From positions 21,836-85,835 of the forward strand of contig JAPLYZ010000006.1 of NCBI GenBank assembly GCA_026395295.1: a stretch of DNA of 64,000 nucleotides, read 5' to 3'. This DNA comes from Candidatus Staskawiczbacteria bacterium. GTDB lineage: Bacteria; Patescibacteriota; Minisyncoccia; Minisyncoccales; Staskawiczbacteraceae. Shown one piece after another: positions 38,476 to 47,856 of the stretch. The position numbers and the translations under genes are program-made. The stretch's first letter is position 1. Each line of letters starts with the position of its first letter. Below the pieces are notes generated by a model that saw nothing but the letters and a program-made list of their open reading frames with translations, was not told the origin of the DNA and searched no databases.

Positions 38476-39661
38476 AATAGTAAAATTTTATTTTGGAATA
38501 GGTATATTATTATTTTTATCTGTGTTATGGACGACCCCCATTTTCGCTGATAAAAGTCCGGCTGGTTGTACGGGTAGTGGTTTAGGAATTAACCTATATG
38601 CAGACGTGCAGGAGGTTCACATTGGCGATACTATTTTTTACAGCATAGATGTTTTTAATGGCGCTAACAGCGGGCCTGTTGTTTGCGATGCTTCTGAAAT
38701 TCAAGCCTCTATTGTCACCCCTGATGGCATAACTCATCCCATTGCACTGCTACGAACATTACTATTAAGCGGCCAAACTGATTCTTATCCAAATGTCATA
38801 CCCTATACTGCGATGGCACAAGATGTCAAAACTGATGGAACATTAGCAGCTACCGCGAGTGATACGGGAAACATTCATCAAAACGACACTAACAGCCAAG
38901 GAGGTGGCAATCAGGGAGTAAATGTGAGAGTTATTGGCGTTCTCGTTGCGCCTCCTTTGAACCAGCCGAGTGGAGGGGGAGGTGGTGGCGGAAGCGAAGT
39001 TAGTTATAACCCCATCCCGCCCGTTGCAGCTGTTGCTCCGCCAGTAACGTCCACTTTGATACCTGTAATACCGGTAAATCCGTTGCCTCCACCCATTGTT
39101 AAAGAAGAGATTGTTGCGGTTCCGGTGAAATTGCCGAACACAGGATTCTCTCCAGAGAATAAGGATATTTTATGGAATAAGGCTAACGAAATTATCCCAC
39201 AGAAGCAAGCTGGCACAGATAATTCGAGCCGCCTTAAAATTCCAAAAATAAATGTTAATGCGGTAGTTGGCAATGCGGGTCTTACTAATAAAGGGTCAGT
39301 AGGTGTACCCAACAACGGGACAGATGTGGCATGGTTTGATGCTGGTCCGCGCCCCGGAGAAACAGGTACGGCAATTATTGTTGGGCATTACGGTCCGTGG
39401 AAAAATGGACAAGGCTCGGTGTTTGATAACTTGAATAAATTGAAAAAAGGGGACAAATTGTATGTAGAAGACAGAAAAAGCGCGACTATTGTTTTTATAG
39501 TGCGCGAAATTAAAAGTTACGACCAAAATGCAACCACCCCGGAAGTGTTCAATTCAAGCGATGGAAAAGCTCATCTTAACTTAATAACTTGCCAAGGAAT
39601 TTGGAATCAAGCGCAAAAAACTTACTCCAATCGACTTGTTGTGTTTGCTGATAAAGAATAG
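38462..39661 (+). CDS. Class F sortase fused to a secreted N-terminal domain with an internal LPNTG
   Basis: Signal peptide; LPNTG; PGETGTAIIVGH, LNLITC, NRLVV. Confidence 0.8.
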   Translation: MKINKIVKFYFGIGILLFLSVLWTTPIFADKSPAGCTGSGLGINLYADVQEVHIGDTIFYSIDVFNGANSGPVVCDASEIQASIVTPDGITHPIALLRTLLLSGQTDSYPNVIPYTAMAQDVKTDGTLAATASDTGNIHQNDTNSQGGGNQGVNVRVIGVLVAPPLNQPSGGGGGGGSEVSYNPIPPVAAVAPPVTSTLIPVIPVNPLPPPIVKEEIVAVPVKLPNTGFSPENKDILWNKANEIIPQKQAGTDNSSRLKIPKINVNAVVGNAGLTNKGSVGVPNNGTDVAWFDAGPRPGETGTAIIVGHYGPWKNGQGSVFDNLNKLKKGDKLYVEDRKSATIVFIVREIKSYDQNATTPEVFNSSDGKAHLNLITCQGIWNQAQKTYSNRLVVFADKE

Positions 39662-39684
39662 AAATTATGGCACAGATGTAATTT

Positions 39685-39715
39685 AAAAATCAAGCGCGAA
39701 AAACGCTTGATTTTT
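39685..39715 (+). terminator. Intrinsic terminator
   Basis: AAAAATCAAGCG...CGCTTGATTTTT. Confidence 0.65.
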
Positions 39716-39776
39716 GTTTTACGAAAATGGTAGAATTACAATAGTCAATTTAATGAATTAATTTAACGTAAAAAAT

Positions 39777-40277
39777 ATGGATGAAGCAAAAGAAAAATAT
39801 GTGAGACCCGGTTGGGACGAATATTTTTTGAATTTATTAGAACCAATAGCCAGAAGAGGGTCCTGTGACAGAGGAAGAAGCGGATCGGTTATTGTAGGTC
39901 CAGGTCATACAATTATAGCAACGGGATATGTTGGCGCGCCTCCTGGACAACCGCATTGTGATGATGTTGGGCACTTGATGAGAACAGTTATTGATGAAAA
40001 TGGAAATCAGTCCCAACATTGTGTTAGAACTTTGCATGCTGAAGAAAACGCAATTTTACAGTGCGCAAAAGACGGAATAAAGGTTGAAGGGGCAACTATT
40101 TATTGTAAAATGGTGCCTTGTTATAACTGCGCAATGAGAATTGTTAGAGTGGGAATTAAAAAAGTTGTAGCTCAAAAGAGATACCATGCCGACGGGTTAT
40201 CTCTAAAATTGTTTAAAGATGCCGGCGTTGAGCTGGCGGTAATTGATAATTCAGTGGAATCATATGACAAACAATAA
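39777..40277 (+). CDS. dCMP deaminase (ComEB family)
   Basis: RPGWDEYF, HAEENAI, PCYNC. Confidence 0.9.
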   Translation: MDEAKEKYVRPGWDEYFLNLLEPIARRGSCDRGRSGSVIVGPGHTIIATGYVGAPPGQPHCDDVGHLMRTVIDENGNQSQHCVRTLHAEENAILQCAKDGIKVEGATIYCKMVPCYNCAMRIVRVGIKKVVAQKRYHADGLSLKLFKDAGVELAVIDNSVESYDKQ

Positions 40278-40878
40278 AGATGACGAGCAGGTTTTAGTTG
40301 TAAAATCTGATATAATTTTTGGCAATGGAAAATGGCAAGGGTTGAAAACTGATAATTTAGATTATTATGTTGATTTGATAAAGAAAAATTATGAGTTTCG
40401 TCGTCGGGGCGACGTGGAAGAAGATTCAACTTTTCAACAGATAATTCCGTACGTTATTTTCAATTTTAAAGAAAAATACTTTCTTTACAAATATTTGCCA
40501 AAAACCACAGAGAAAAGATTGGTTGACACATATCAGCTGGGCTTTGGCGGACACATAAACCCGATTGATGGTCAAGAAGGTAATATTTTGGAAGTTGGAA
40601 TGATGAGAGAGTGGTTTGAAGAAGTAGATTTCAAAGGGAATATCTTAGAAAAAAAGTTGATAGGCATTTTAAAAGATGATTCCATGTCGGTTGAAAAAGT
40701 TCATATAGGATTGGTTTATAATTTCATAGGCGACAGTCCAAATATCTTCGTAAAAGAAACGGAAAAGATGGAGGGAAGGTTAGTTGACTTAAAAGATATC
40801 GGAAAACACATTGAAGGCAACTCGGGAATTTGGGTCAAAATAGTCTACAACGAATACCTGAGAAAATTAACAAAATAA
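40264..40878 (+). CDS. NUDIX-like hydrolase
   Basis: QIIPY, GFGGHINP.D, REWFEEV, KVHIG. Confidence 0.75.
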   Translation: MTNNKDDEQVLVVKSDIIFGNGKWQGLKTDNLDYYVDLIKKNYEFRRRGDVEEDSTFQQIIPYVIFNFKEKYFLYKYLPKTTEKRLVDTYQLGFGGHINPIDGQEGNILEVGMMREWFEEVDFKGNILEKKLIGILKDDSMSVEKVHIGLVYNFIGDSPNIFVKETEKMEGRLVDLKDIGKHIEGNSGIWVKIVYNEYLRKLTK

Positions 40879-40886
40879 ATAAAAAT

Positions 40887-41240
40887 ATGGATGAATTTTT
40901 AAAAAATTATCAAGAATTTTGCAAAAAGGTTGCTAAAAAGTTCGATGATCCGGAAAAAGAAATAATGACTTGGGGTTTGGGAATTTCAGGGGAAGCCGGA
41001 GATGTCGCTGGGTGCATTAAAAAGACGATTTCTCACAAAGATAGCCAAACATCCGGAATTAAAGAAAATTTGGGCGATACTTTGTGGTACATAGCAGCTA
41101 TTTGTAATTTTTATGATTGGAATTTGGAAGATATTATCAATGAGAACACGGAAAAGTTGAAAAAAAGATATTCAGAAGGCGTTTTTACAGAAAAAAGTGC
41201 CTGTAAACGCGAAAGAATTGATTGGAACGAGAAAAAATAA
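40887..41240 (+). CDS. MazG-like nucleotide pyrophosphohydrolase
   Basis: GISGEAGDV...ENLGDTLWY...NTEKLKKRY. Confidence 0.85.
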   Translation: MDEFLKNYQEFCKKVAKKFDDPEKEIMTWGLGISGEAGDVAGCIKKTISHKDSQTSGIKENLGDTLWYIAAICNFYDWNLEDIINENTEKLKKRYSEGVFTEKSACKRERIDWNEKK

Positions 41241-41249
41241 TTTTAAAAT

Positions 41250-41792
41250 ATGAAAAAAATAATTGGTTTAACCGGGGAAATTGGGTCGGGCAAGGATACT
41301 TTTTGCGGATATGTTAAAGAAAATTACAAAAATGTTTTTGTTTTAAGGTTTTCCGATGCGCTTACCGATGTTTTAAAGATATTTTTTGATTCGGTAAAAA
41401 GGGAGGACCAGCAGTGGTTAAGTCCGCTGTTGAAGCAGAGATTTGGCGAGGATATTTTGGTAAGAGCTCTTACCAAAAAAGCAAACAGCATTGGAGATGG
41501 AATTATTATTCTGAACGGGGTTAGGGCTGGCGCCGAGGCAAAAGCAATAAGAGACGCCGGCGGGAAAATCGTCTATGTGACAGCAGATCAGAAAACAAGA
41601 TGGGAAAGAGTTAAAACAAGGGGAGAAAAAGCAGACGACGACGTTCCTTTTGAAAAGTTTTTGGAATTAGAAAAAGCCGAAACAGAAATACAAATTTCTA
41701 AAATAGGCAAACAGGCGGATTACAAATTAGAAAACAACGGCTCTAAAGAAGATTTTTACAAAGAAATAAAAAAAGCGATAGATTTGTTATGA
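41250..41792 (+). CDS. P-loop nucleotide kinase (dNMP/dephospho-CoA kinase-like)
   Basis: IIGLTGEIGSGKDT; ADYKLENNGS. Confidence 0.75.
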   Translation: MKKIIGLTGEIGSGKDTFCGYVKENYKNVFVLRFSDALTDVLKIFFDSVKREDQQWLSPLLKQRFGEDILVRALTKKANSIGDGIIILNGVRAGAEAKAIRDAGGKIVYVTADQKTRWERVKTRGEKADDDVPFEKFLELEKAETEIQISKIGKQADYKLENNGSKEDFYKEIKKAIDLL

Positions 41793-42400
41793 TAAAAAAT
41801 AATTACCCGGGAAAATTTATTGTAATAGAGGGGTTAGATGGCTCGGGGAAGTCGGCGCAAGTTGACTTAGTAATAAATTATTTAAAAGAAAAAAACAAAG
41901 AGGTTGTTGTAACAAAAGAGCCAACAATGGATTCCGAGGCAGGAAGAAAAATAAAACAGGCATTAAGAAAAGAAGTTGTCGTAGAGCCTTTGGAGTTGCA
42001 GAAATTATATGTGCAGGATAGAAAAGAGCATTTGAAAAATAAAGTTGTTCCGGCGTTAAAGCAAGGGAAATTCGTTGTTTCTTCTCGCTATGCGTTTTCC
42101 ACTTTTGCCTACGGCTACTCCGACGGCTTAGGTGTTGATTTATTGGTGGAAATGAATAACGAATTTTTGTTGCCCGACCTGACCATAATAATTGATGTTT
42201 CGCCTGAATCTTGCGTTGAGAGAATTGAAAATAGGGGGGAGCCGAAAGAATTATTTGAGCAAAAAGAGAAATTGGCGAAGGTGAGTATTGTCTACAAAAA
42301 AATACCGGAAATGTTTAAAAACGCAGTTATAATTGACGGCGAACGTTCAATTCAGGAGGTTTTTGAAGACGTAAAAAAGCAAATAAGTAAATTATTATGA
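41789..42400 (+). CDS. tmk: Thymidylate kinase
   Basis: IEGLDGSGKS, KEPT, PDLTIIIDV. Confidence 0.9.
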   Translation: MIKNNYPGKFIVIEGLDGSGKSAQVDLVINYLKEKNKEVVVTKEPTMDSEAGRKIKQALRKEVVVEPLELQKLYVQDRKEHLKNKVVPALKQGKFVVSSRYAFSTFAYGYSDGLGVDLLVEMNNEFLLPDLTIIIDVSPESCVERIENRGEPKELFEQKEKLAKVSIVYKKIPEMFKNAVIIDGERSIQEVFEDVKKQISKLL

Positions 42401-42482
42401 ACCCCGTTAGAAGTTTAATCTAATGGGGCAATAAATTAAATATGGGTCTGCACGAAAAAATAAGGCAGACTTCTAACGGGGT
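42401..42482. mobile_element. Short MITE-like element with 14-bp terminal inverted repeats at the tmk/thyA junction
   Basis: ACCCCGTTAGAAGT (42401-42414) / ACTTCTAACGGGGT (42469-42482), flanked by GA on both sides. Confidence 0.6.
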
Positions 42483-43305
42483 GAAGCAGTATTTAGATTT
42501 GTTAAAAAAAATAATGGAAGAGGGGACCGACAGGCCCGACAGAACAGGAGTGGGTTCGCGCGCAATTTTTGGGCAGTCTATGCGGTTTAATATGAAAGAT
42601 GGGTTTCCGGCAATGACAACGAAAAAATTAGCTTTTGAGGTGGTAAAGGCTGAATTGCTTTGGTTTTTGTCAGGGAGCTCGGACAATAAAGAACTCCAAA
42701 AAATGGGGTGTCATATTTGGGACGGAAATGCCAATGCCGATTACTGGAAGCCAAAAGCAAAATTTGAAGGAGATTTAGGCAGAGTCTACGGAGTTCAGTG
42801 GAGGAGCTGGAAATCGCCCTACACCGACGTGCCAATTGACCAAATAAGCAATGTTATAAACCAGTTGAAAAAAAATCCGGGCGACAGAAGGATTATTGTT
42901 TCTGCCTGGAATCCGGCAGAATTAGACATGATGGCTCTTCCGCCGTGCCATTTGCTTTTTCACTTTTTTTGCGTTGGCAAAAAACTTTCTTTGCTTATGT
43001 ACCAAAGAAGTTGCGACACTTTTCTAGGAGTGCCGTTTAACATTGCTTCGTACTCTTTATTATTACACATGGTGGCACAAGTCACAGGGTTAGAGGCCCA
43101 TGAGTTTGTGCATATTTTGGGTGATACGCACATTTATTTAAATCATTTTGAGCAGGTGAAAGAGCAAATGAGTCGCCAACCATATTCGTTGCCAAAATTA
43201 TGGTTAAACCCGGAAGTAAAAGACATTTTTAAATTTAAAATGGAGGATATAAAGTTGGTTGATTATAAATTCCACCCAACAATTAAAGCCCCCATGGCAG
43301 TATGA
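42442..43305 (+). CDS. thyA: Thymidylate synthase (start ATG 42442 or GTG 42481)
   Basis: DRTGVG, LPPCH, YQRSCD, PFNIASY. Confidence 0.95.
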   Translation: MGLHEKIRQTSNGVKQYLDLLKKIMEEGTDRPDRTGVGSRAIFGQSMRFNMKDGFPAMTTKKLAFEVVKAELLWFLSGSSDNKELQKMGCHIWDGNANADYWKPKAKFEGDLGRVYGVQWRSWKSPYTDVPIDQISNVINQLKKNPGDRRIIVSAWNPAELDMMALPPCHLLFHFFCVGKKLSLLMYQRSCDTFLGVPFNIASYSLLLHMVAQVTGLEAHEFVHILGDTHIYLNHFEQVKEQMSRQPYSLPKLWLNPEVKDIFKFKMEDIKLVDYKFHPTIKAPMAV

Positions 43306-43796
43306 TTTCAATGATAGCCGCGGTAGCAAAAAACAGAGTAATAGGAAACAAAAATACAATCCCATGGCACTTGCCTGCGGATTTTAAGTATTTTAAGGAA
43401 ACCACCTTGGGAAAAACCATTGTGATGGGTTTGAATACCTTTAACTCAATTGGAGGCAAACCTTTGCCCGGACGAAAGCACATAATTCTAACCAACGACC
43501 CAAATTTCGTGGCGCCACCGCAAGACTGTGTTGTTGCTCATTCAATTGAAGAGGTTTTGGCAATGGGAAAAGAAATTCCAGAGCTAATGATTTGCGGGGG
43601 AGCGTCGGTTTATAAACAATTTTTACCTTTGGCTCAAAAATTATATTTGACCTATGTGCACGCAAGCCCAGAGGGCGATACATATTTTCCTGAAGTTAAC
43701 CTGGCGGAATGGAAAGAAGTTAAAAGAGAAGACCACAAATCTGACGAAAAAAATAAACACGATTATTCATTTGTAATCTTAGAAAGAAAATTTTAA
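43302..43796 (+). CDS. folA: Dihydrofolate reductase
   Basis: IAAVAKNRVIG, PWHLPADFKYF, GKPLPGR, GDTYFP. Confidence 0.95.
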   Translation: MISMIAAVAKNRVIGNKNTIPWHLPADFKYFKETTLGKTIVMGLNTFNSIGGKPLPGRKHIILTNDPNFVAPPQDCVVAHSIEEVLAMGKEIPELMICGGASVYKQFLPLAQKLYLTYVHASPEGDTYFPEVNLAEWKEVKREDHKSDEKNKHDYSFVILERKF

Positions 43797-43797
43797 A

Positions 43798-44421
43798 ATG
43801 TTTAAAAATATTATTTTTGACTGGTCTGGAGTCATTAGAGAGGTTTATGAGGCGCATATTTGGGTTGTTGAAAGAATGATTGAAAAATTTGGAGGCAAAC
43901 CCATGACACCCAAAGAAATAAGAGAAAATTGGGATGAGCCATACATGAAATTTTGGAATAAATATTTTCCGGACATGACCTTAGAACAAGAACAAAAAGC
44001 CTACGTTGAGGGCATTTTAGATAAAAATTGTCCCTTGGCAAAACCGTATCCTGAAATTGTGAAACTTATAAAAAAATTAAGAAGCAAGAATTTTTCAATG
44101 GCGGTATTAAGCGGCGATATGCCAGAGACGCTTTTACCCGAGATGAAAAGATTTGGTTTAGAGAATATTTTTGACGATGTCATTGCAAAAGTGCATGGTA
44201 AATTAGAACCGTTGGAAAAATTGATGGAAAAAAATAATTTTAAAAAAGAGGAGACAGTTTTCATTGGAGACAGCAACCATGAAATTGAGGCAGGCAAGGA
44301 AGCGGGAATAAAAACAATAGCCGTGACATGGGGTTTTCATTCGGAAGAAAAATTGAAAGGATTAAATCCTGACTATTTAGTCCACAATGTAAAAGAATTA
44401 GAAAATATTTTATTAAAATAA
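43798..44421 (+). CDS. HAD family hydrolase
   Basis: IIFDWSG, FIGDS..EIEAG, VTWGF. Confidence 0.85.
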   Translation: MFKNIIFDWSGVIREVYEAHIWVVERMIEKFGGKPMTPKEIRENWDEPYMKFWNKYFPDMTLEQEQKAYVEGILDKNCPLAKPYPEIVKLIKKLRSKNFSMAVLSGDMPETLLPEMKRFGLENIFDDVIAKVHGKLEPLEKLMEKNNFKKEETVFIGDSNHEIEAGKEAGIKTIAVTWGFHSEEKLKGLNPDYLVHNVKELENILLK

Positions 44422-44491
44422 TCTTAGTGAGTCAGGTTGTCATATGACAACCTAGAACAACTGCAATTTTCATTCGTTATCTTAGAAAGAA

Positions 44492-45145
44492 ATGACAAAT
44501 AAAGAAATCATAAATGAAGTTATACTATATTTGGAACAGAATTTTAAGAATGAATCGACGGGTCACGATTACTGGCATTTTATCCGAGTTTGGAAACTTG
44601 CAAAATATATAGCCGAAAAAGAGGGCGGAGATTTGTTTGTTATTGAATTGGGCGCCTTGCTACACGATATTGCCGATTGGAAATTTCACGGCGGCACAAA
44701 TGAAGTGGGCATAGAAAAAGCGAAAACTCTGCTGAAAGATTTTAATGTTGATGAAAAAATTATAAACCAAGTTTGCTATATTATTGATAATATCTCTTTC
44801 AAAGGAGCAAAGGTGAAAAATGGTATGATTGGTAAAGAGGGTGAAATTGTTCAGGACGCAGATAAGTTAGATGCTATTGGCGCAATTGGAATTGCGAGAA
44901 CGTTCGCTTATGGTGGAAAAATGGACCGAGAAATGTATAATCCTGATATAAAACCGGAAATGCACACTTCGTTTGAAGGTTATAAAAACAGCAAAGGGAC
45001 ATCAATAAACCATTTCTACGAAAAACTATTGCTTTTGAAAGACAGGCTAAACACCAAAACAGCGAAAAAGATTGCACAGAAAAGGCATAAATTTACGGAA
45101 GATTATTTGAAGGAATTTTTTAAAGAATGGGAAGGAAAAGTATAA
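44492..45145 (+). CDS. HD-domain phosphohydrolase (YedJ/YpgQ-like)
   Basis: GHDYWHFIRV, LLHDIAD, VQDADKLDAIGAIGIAR, HFYEKLL. Confidence 0.9.
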   Translation: MTNKEIINEVILYLEQNFKNESTGHDYWHFIRVWKLAKYIAEKEGGDLFVIELGALLHDIADWKFHGGTNEVGIEKAKTLLKDFNVDEKIINQVCYIIDNISFKGAKVKNGMIGKEGEIVQDADKLDAIGAIGIARTFAYGGKMDREMYNPDIKPEMHTSFEGYKNSKGTSINHFYEKLLLLKDRLNTKTAKKIAQKRHKFTEDYLKEFFKEWEGKV

Positions 45146-45201
45146 AATATTAAAATAAATTCACCACAAGTCAGGTTGTCATATGACAACCTAAAATAGA
45201 T

Positions 45202-45381
45202 ATGTGGCAGAAAGATTTCTATACAACAAAGGAATTAGCTGATATACTGCAAATTAGTAGGCAATCTGTGCTAAAACGGCTTTGGAGTGGCTCAATTAAA
45301 GCACAGAAAATGGGTAGAAATTTCATAATATTTAAAAAAGATGTTGATTTGGATAAATTAAATTTCATAATTAAACATTAA
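45202..45381 (+). CDS. Small excisionase-like HTH_17 protein (59 aa, not in ORF track)
   Basis: Manual translation MWQKDFYTTKELADILQISRQSVLKRLWSGSIKAQKMGRNFIIFKKDVDLDKLNFIIKH. Confidence 0.75.
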   Translation: MWQKDFYTTKELADILQISRQSVLKRLWSGSIKAQKMGRNFIIFKKDVDLDKLNFIIKH

Positions 45382-45474
45382 ATTATTGTTGACTTCGTCG
45401 AGACGCATCAGGTTGTCGTATGACAACCTAGAACAACTGCAATTATTCATTCGTAATCTTAGAAAAAAAATAAT

Positions 45475-46989
45475 ATGGCATATAAACCTACAATTGGGCT
45501 CGAAATACACGCCGAGCTAAAAACAAATTCAAAAATGTTTTGCGGGTGCAAAAACGACCCCGATGAAAAACGGCCGAATTTTAACATTTGTCCTGTTTGC
45601 ACGGCCCAGCCGGGAACGCTTCCGGTGGCAAACGAAGAGGCGGTTAAAAAGGTCATCAAAACCGGTTTGGCTTTGCATTGCGAAATTGCGCATGACTCAA
45701 AGTTTGACAGGAAAAATTATTTTTACCCCGATTTGCCAAAAGGTTATCAAATTTCTCAATATGATCAACCGCTATGCCTTGGCGGATATTTGGAAATTAA
45801 CGGAAGAAAAATCCGCATCACCAGGATACATTTAGAAGAAGACACGGGTAGTTTAATGCATCCCGCCCAAGAAGGGCGAGGCTCGCCCAGTGAAGATGGG
45901 CGGCCGGAGGGCGCAGACTACTCGTTGGTAAATTTAAATAGGGCAGGGGTGCCTTTAATGGAGCTGGTGACGGAGCCGGACATTACTTCAGGGAAGGAAG
46001 CCCGCGAGTTTGCGCAAGAATTGCAATTGATTTTCAAATATCTGGGAGTTTCCGATGCCGACATGGAAAAAGGTCAGATGCGCGTTGAAGTAAACATCAG
46101 CATCAGTCCTTCGACGGGCTCAGGGCAAGCAAAAAAACTTGGCACAAAAGTGGAGATTAAAAACTTGAATTCATTTAGGGTTGTTGAAAGGGCGGTTGAT
46201 TTTGAGATTAAAAGACAGGAAGAGGTTTTAGAGTCGGATAAAAAAATTATTCAGGAGACGCGTGGCTGGCACGACAAAAAAGAAATTACGTTTTCACAAA
46301 GAGAGAAAGAAGAGGCGCACGATTACAGGTATTTTCCCGAACCGGATTTACCGGCGATGCATTTTGAACAAAGTTATATTGAAGAAATAAAAAAACAAAT
46401 GCCGGAATTGCCCGAGCAGAAAAGGGAGAGATTTGCTAAGGAGTACGGGTTAGACAGCGGGGCTGTGGAGTTTTTTGTTAGCAATAAAAATTTGAGCGAG
46501 TATTATGAAAAAGTTGTTTCTGAATTTGAGGAATGGACTGAAGAGGAAGAAGAGGACGAGGCGCACAAGAAAGTTTCAAAACTTGTGGCAAATTATTTGA
46601 TATCTGACGTGCAGGGATTGTTGGGAGGTAAAGAGTTCGCGGAGAAGGAGTTCAAAATTACGCCGGAAAATTTTGCTGAGTTTGTAAAAATGATTTATAG
46701 GGGAGAAATTTCCAGCAAAGTTGCCAAGATGTTAGTTGCGGATATGTTTAACACCGGTTCTGACCCGTCTACTGTTGTTGATGAAAATAATTGGAGGCAG
46801 ATGTCCGATGATTTGGGGCTGGAAAAGGCCATAAAAGAGGCAATATCGAATAATCCCAAGGCAGTTGAGGACTATAAAAAGGGCAAGCTCGCTTCGCTCC
46901 AGTTTTTAGTCGGCAAAGTGATGGCGTCTACAAGGGGTACGGCAAAACCCGATAAAGTTCAAGAGCTGTTAAAGAAAATTCTCAACTAA
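45475..46989 (+). CDS. gatB: Asp/Glu-tRNA amidotransferase subunit B
   Basis: IGLEIHAEL, RKNYFYPDLPKGYQISQ, YRYFPEPDL. Confidence 0.95.
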   Translation: MAYKPTIGLEIHAELKTNSKMFCGCKNDPDEKRPNFNICPVCTAQPGTLPVANEEAVKKVIKTGLALHCEIAHDSKFDRKNYFYPDLPKGYQISQYDQPLCLGGYLEINGRKIRITRIHLEEDTGSLMHPAQEGRGSPSEDGRPEGADYSLVNLNRAGVPLMELVTEPDITSGKEAREFAQELQLIFKYLGVSDADMEKGQMRVEVNISISPSTGSGQAKKLGTKVEIKNLNSFRVVERAVDFEIKRQEEVLESDKKIIQETRGWHDKKEITFSQREKEEAHDYRYFPEPDLPAMHFEQSYIEEIKKQMPELPEQKRERFAKEYGLDSGAVEFFVSNKNLSEYYEKVVSEFEEWTEEEEEDEAHKKVSKLVANYLISDVQGLLGGKEFAEKEFKITPENFAEFVKMIYRGEISSKVAKMLVADMFNTGSDPSTVVDENNWRQMSDDLGLEKAIKEAISNNPKAVEDYKKGKLASLQFLVGKVMASTRGTAKPDKVQELLKKILN

Positions 46990-47856
46990 TTTTTTAGCCT
47001 CAGTGTAATTTTTTATCCAGTGAGTTTTTTTATCTCGCTTAAACCAAGTCATTTGTCGTTTGGCATAGTGTTCTGATTCTTTTTGAATTTTGTCTGCCAT
47101 CTCCTGATAGGTAATTTTGTTTTGGAGGTATTGTGCGACAAAACGATATTCTAATCCAAACTCTTCCAACCTTTTCCACGAAACCCCAGACTTGTGTAAT
47201 TTTTTAACTTCTTCTATCATCCCATTGTTCAAGCGCCTTAAGAGTCTTTTTCCTATAAGTTCAACCAGATCTTCTTTAGTTTTATTTATACCCAGGGTTA
47301 ACACGTCAAAATTAGGCTTATTTTGAAAAACAGCTGGAACAGGCTGTTTTGTGCTTAAAACTATCTCTAATGCCCTTATAAGGCGTCTGGGGTTGTTTTT
47401 ATCTATTATTAAGGCTCTTCTGTTGTCTAATTTTTCAAGCATTTCAAATAGCTCTTCCACGGGTTTTTTTTCTAACCTTTTTCTCAATTTCCAGTCTGGT
47501 TTTACTTCGGGAATTACAGCGCCATCAACAATTGATTGAATATAAAAACCGGTGCCACCGACTAAGAAGGGTATTTTATTTTTTTTTTGGATTTTTTTGA
47601 TTGCTGTCAACGCCAGTTTTTGATATTGCACAACGGTGAATATTTTTTTCGGGTTTGCCACATCTAAAAGATAATGGGGGACTCCCTTCATTTCTTTTTT
47701 TGTTACTTTGCCTGTGCCGACGTCCATTCCTTTGTAGACCTGCCTTGAATCAGCTGAAATTACCTCGCCGTTAAATTTTTTGGCCAGTTTTATGGACAAA
47801 TCGGTTTTTCCTGACGCTGTTGGCCCCAAAATTACAATTAGTTTATAGTTTGCCAT
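46969..47856 (-). CDS. miaA: tRNA dimethylallyltransferase
   Basis: GPTASGKT, SADSRQVY, GGTGFY, YAKRQMTWF. Confidence 0.95.
   Translation of the reverse strand: MANYKLIVILGPTASGKTDLSIKLAKKFNGEVISADSRQVYKGMDVGTGKVTKKEMKGVPHYLLDVANPKKIFTVVQYQKLALTAIKKIQKKNKIPFLVGGTGFYIQSIVDGAVIPEVKPDWKLRKRLEKKPVEELFEMLEKLDNRRALIIDKNNPRRLIRALEIVLSTKQPVPAVFQNKPNFDVLTLGINKTKEDLVELIGKRLLRRLNNGMIEEVKKLHKSGVSWKRLEEFGLEYRFVAQYLQNKITYQEMADKIQKESEHYAKRQMTWFKRDKKTHWIKNYTEAKKLVENFL

Larger units (their letters stand above)
44432..45473. repeat. Three copies of the palindrome AGGTTGTCATATGACAACCT; the outer two extend into ~57-bp direct repeats containing a folA 3'-end copy
   Basis: Palindrome at 44434-44453, 45173-45192 and 45410-45429 (1 mismatch); outer copies continue AGAACAACTGCAATT(A)TTCATTCGT(T/A)ATCTTAGAAA. 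Confidence 0.9.
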
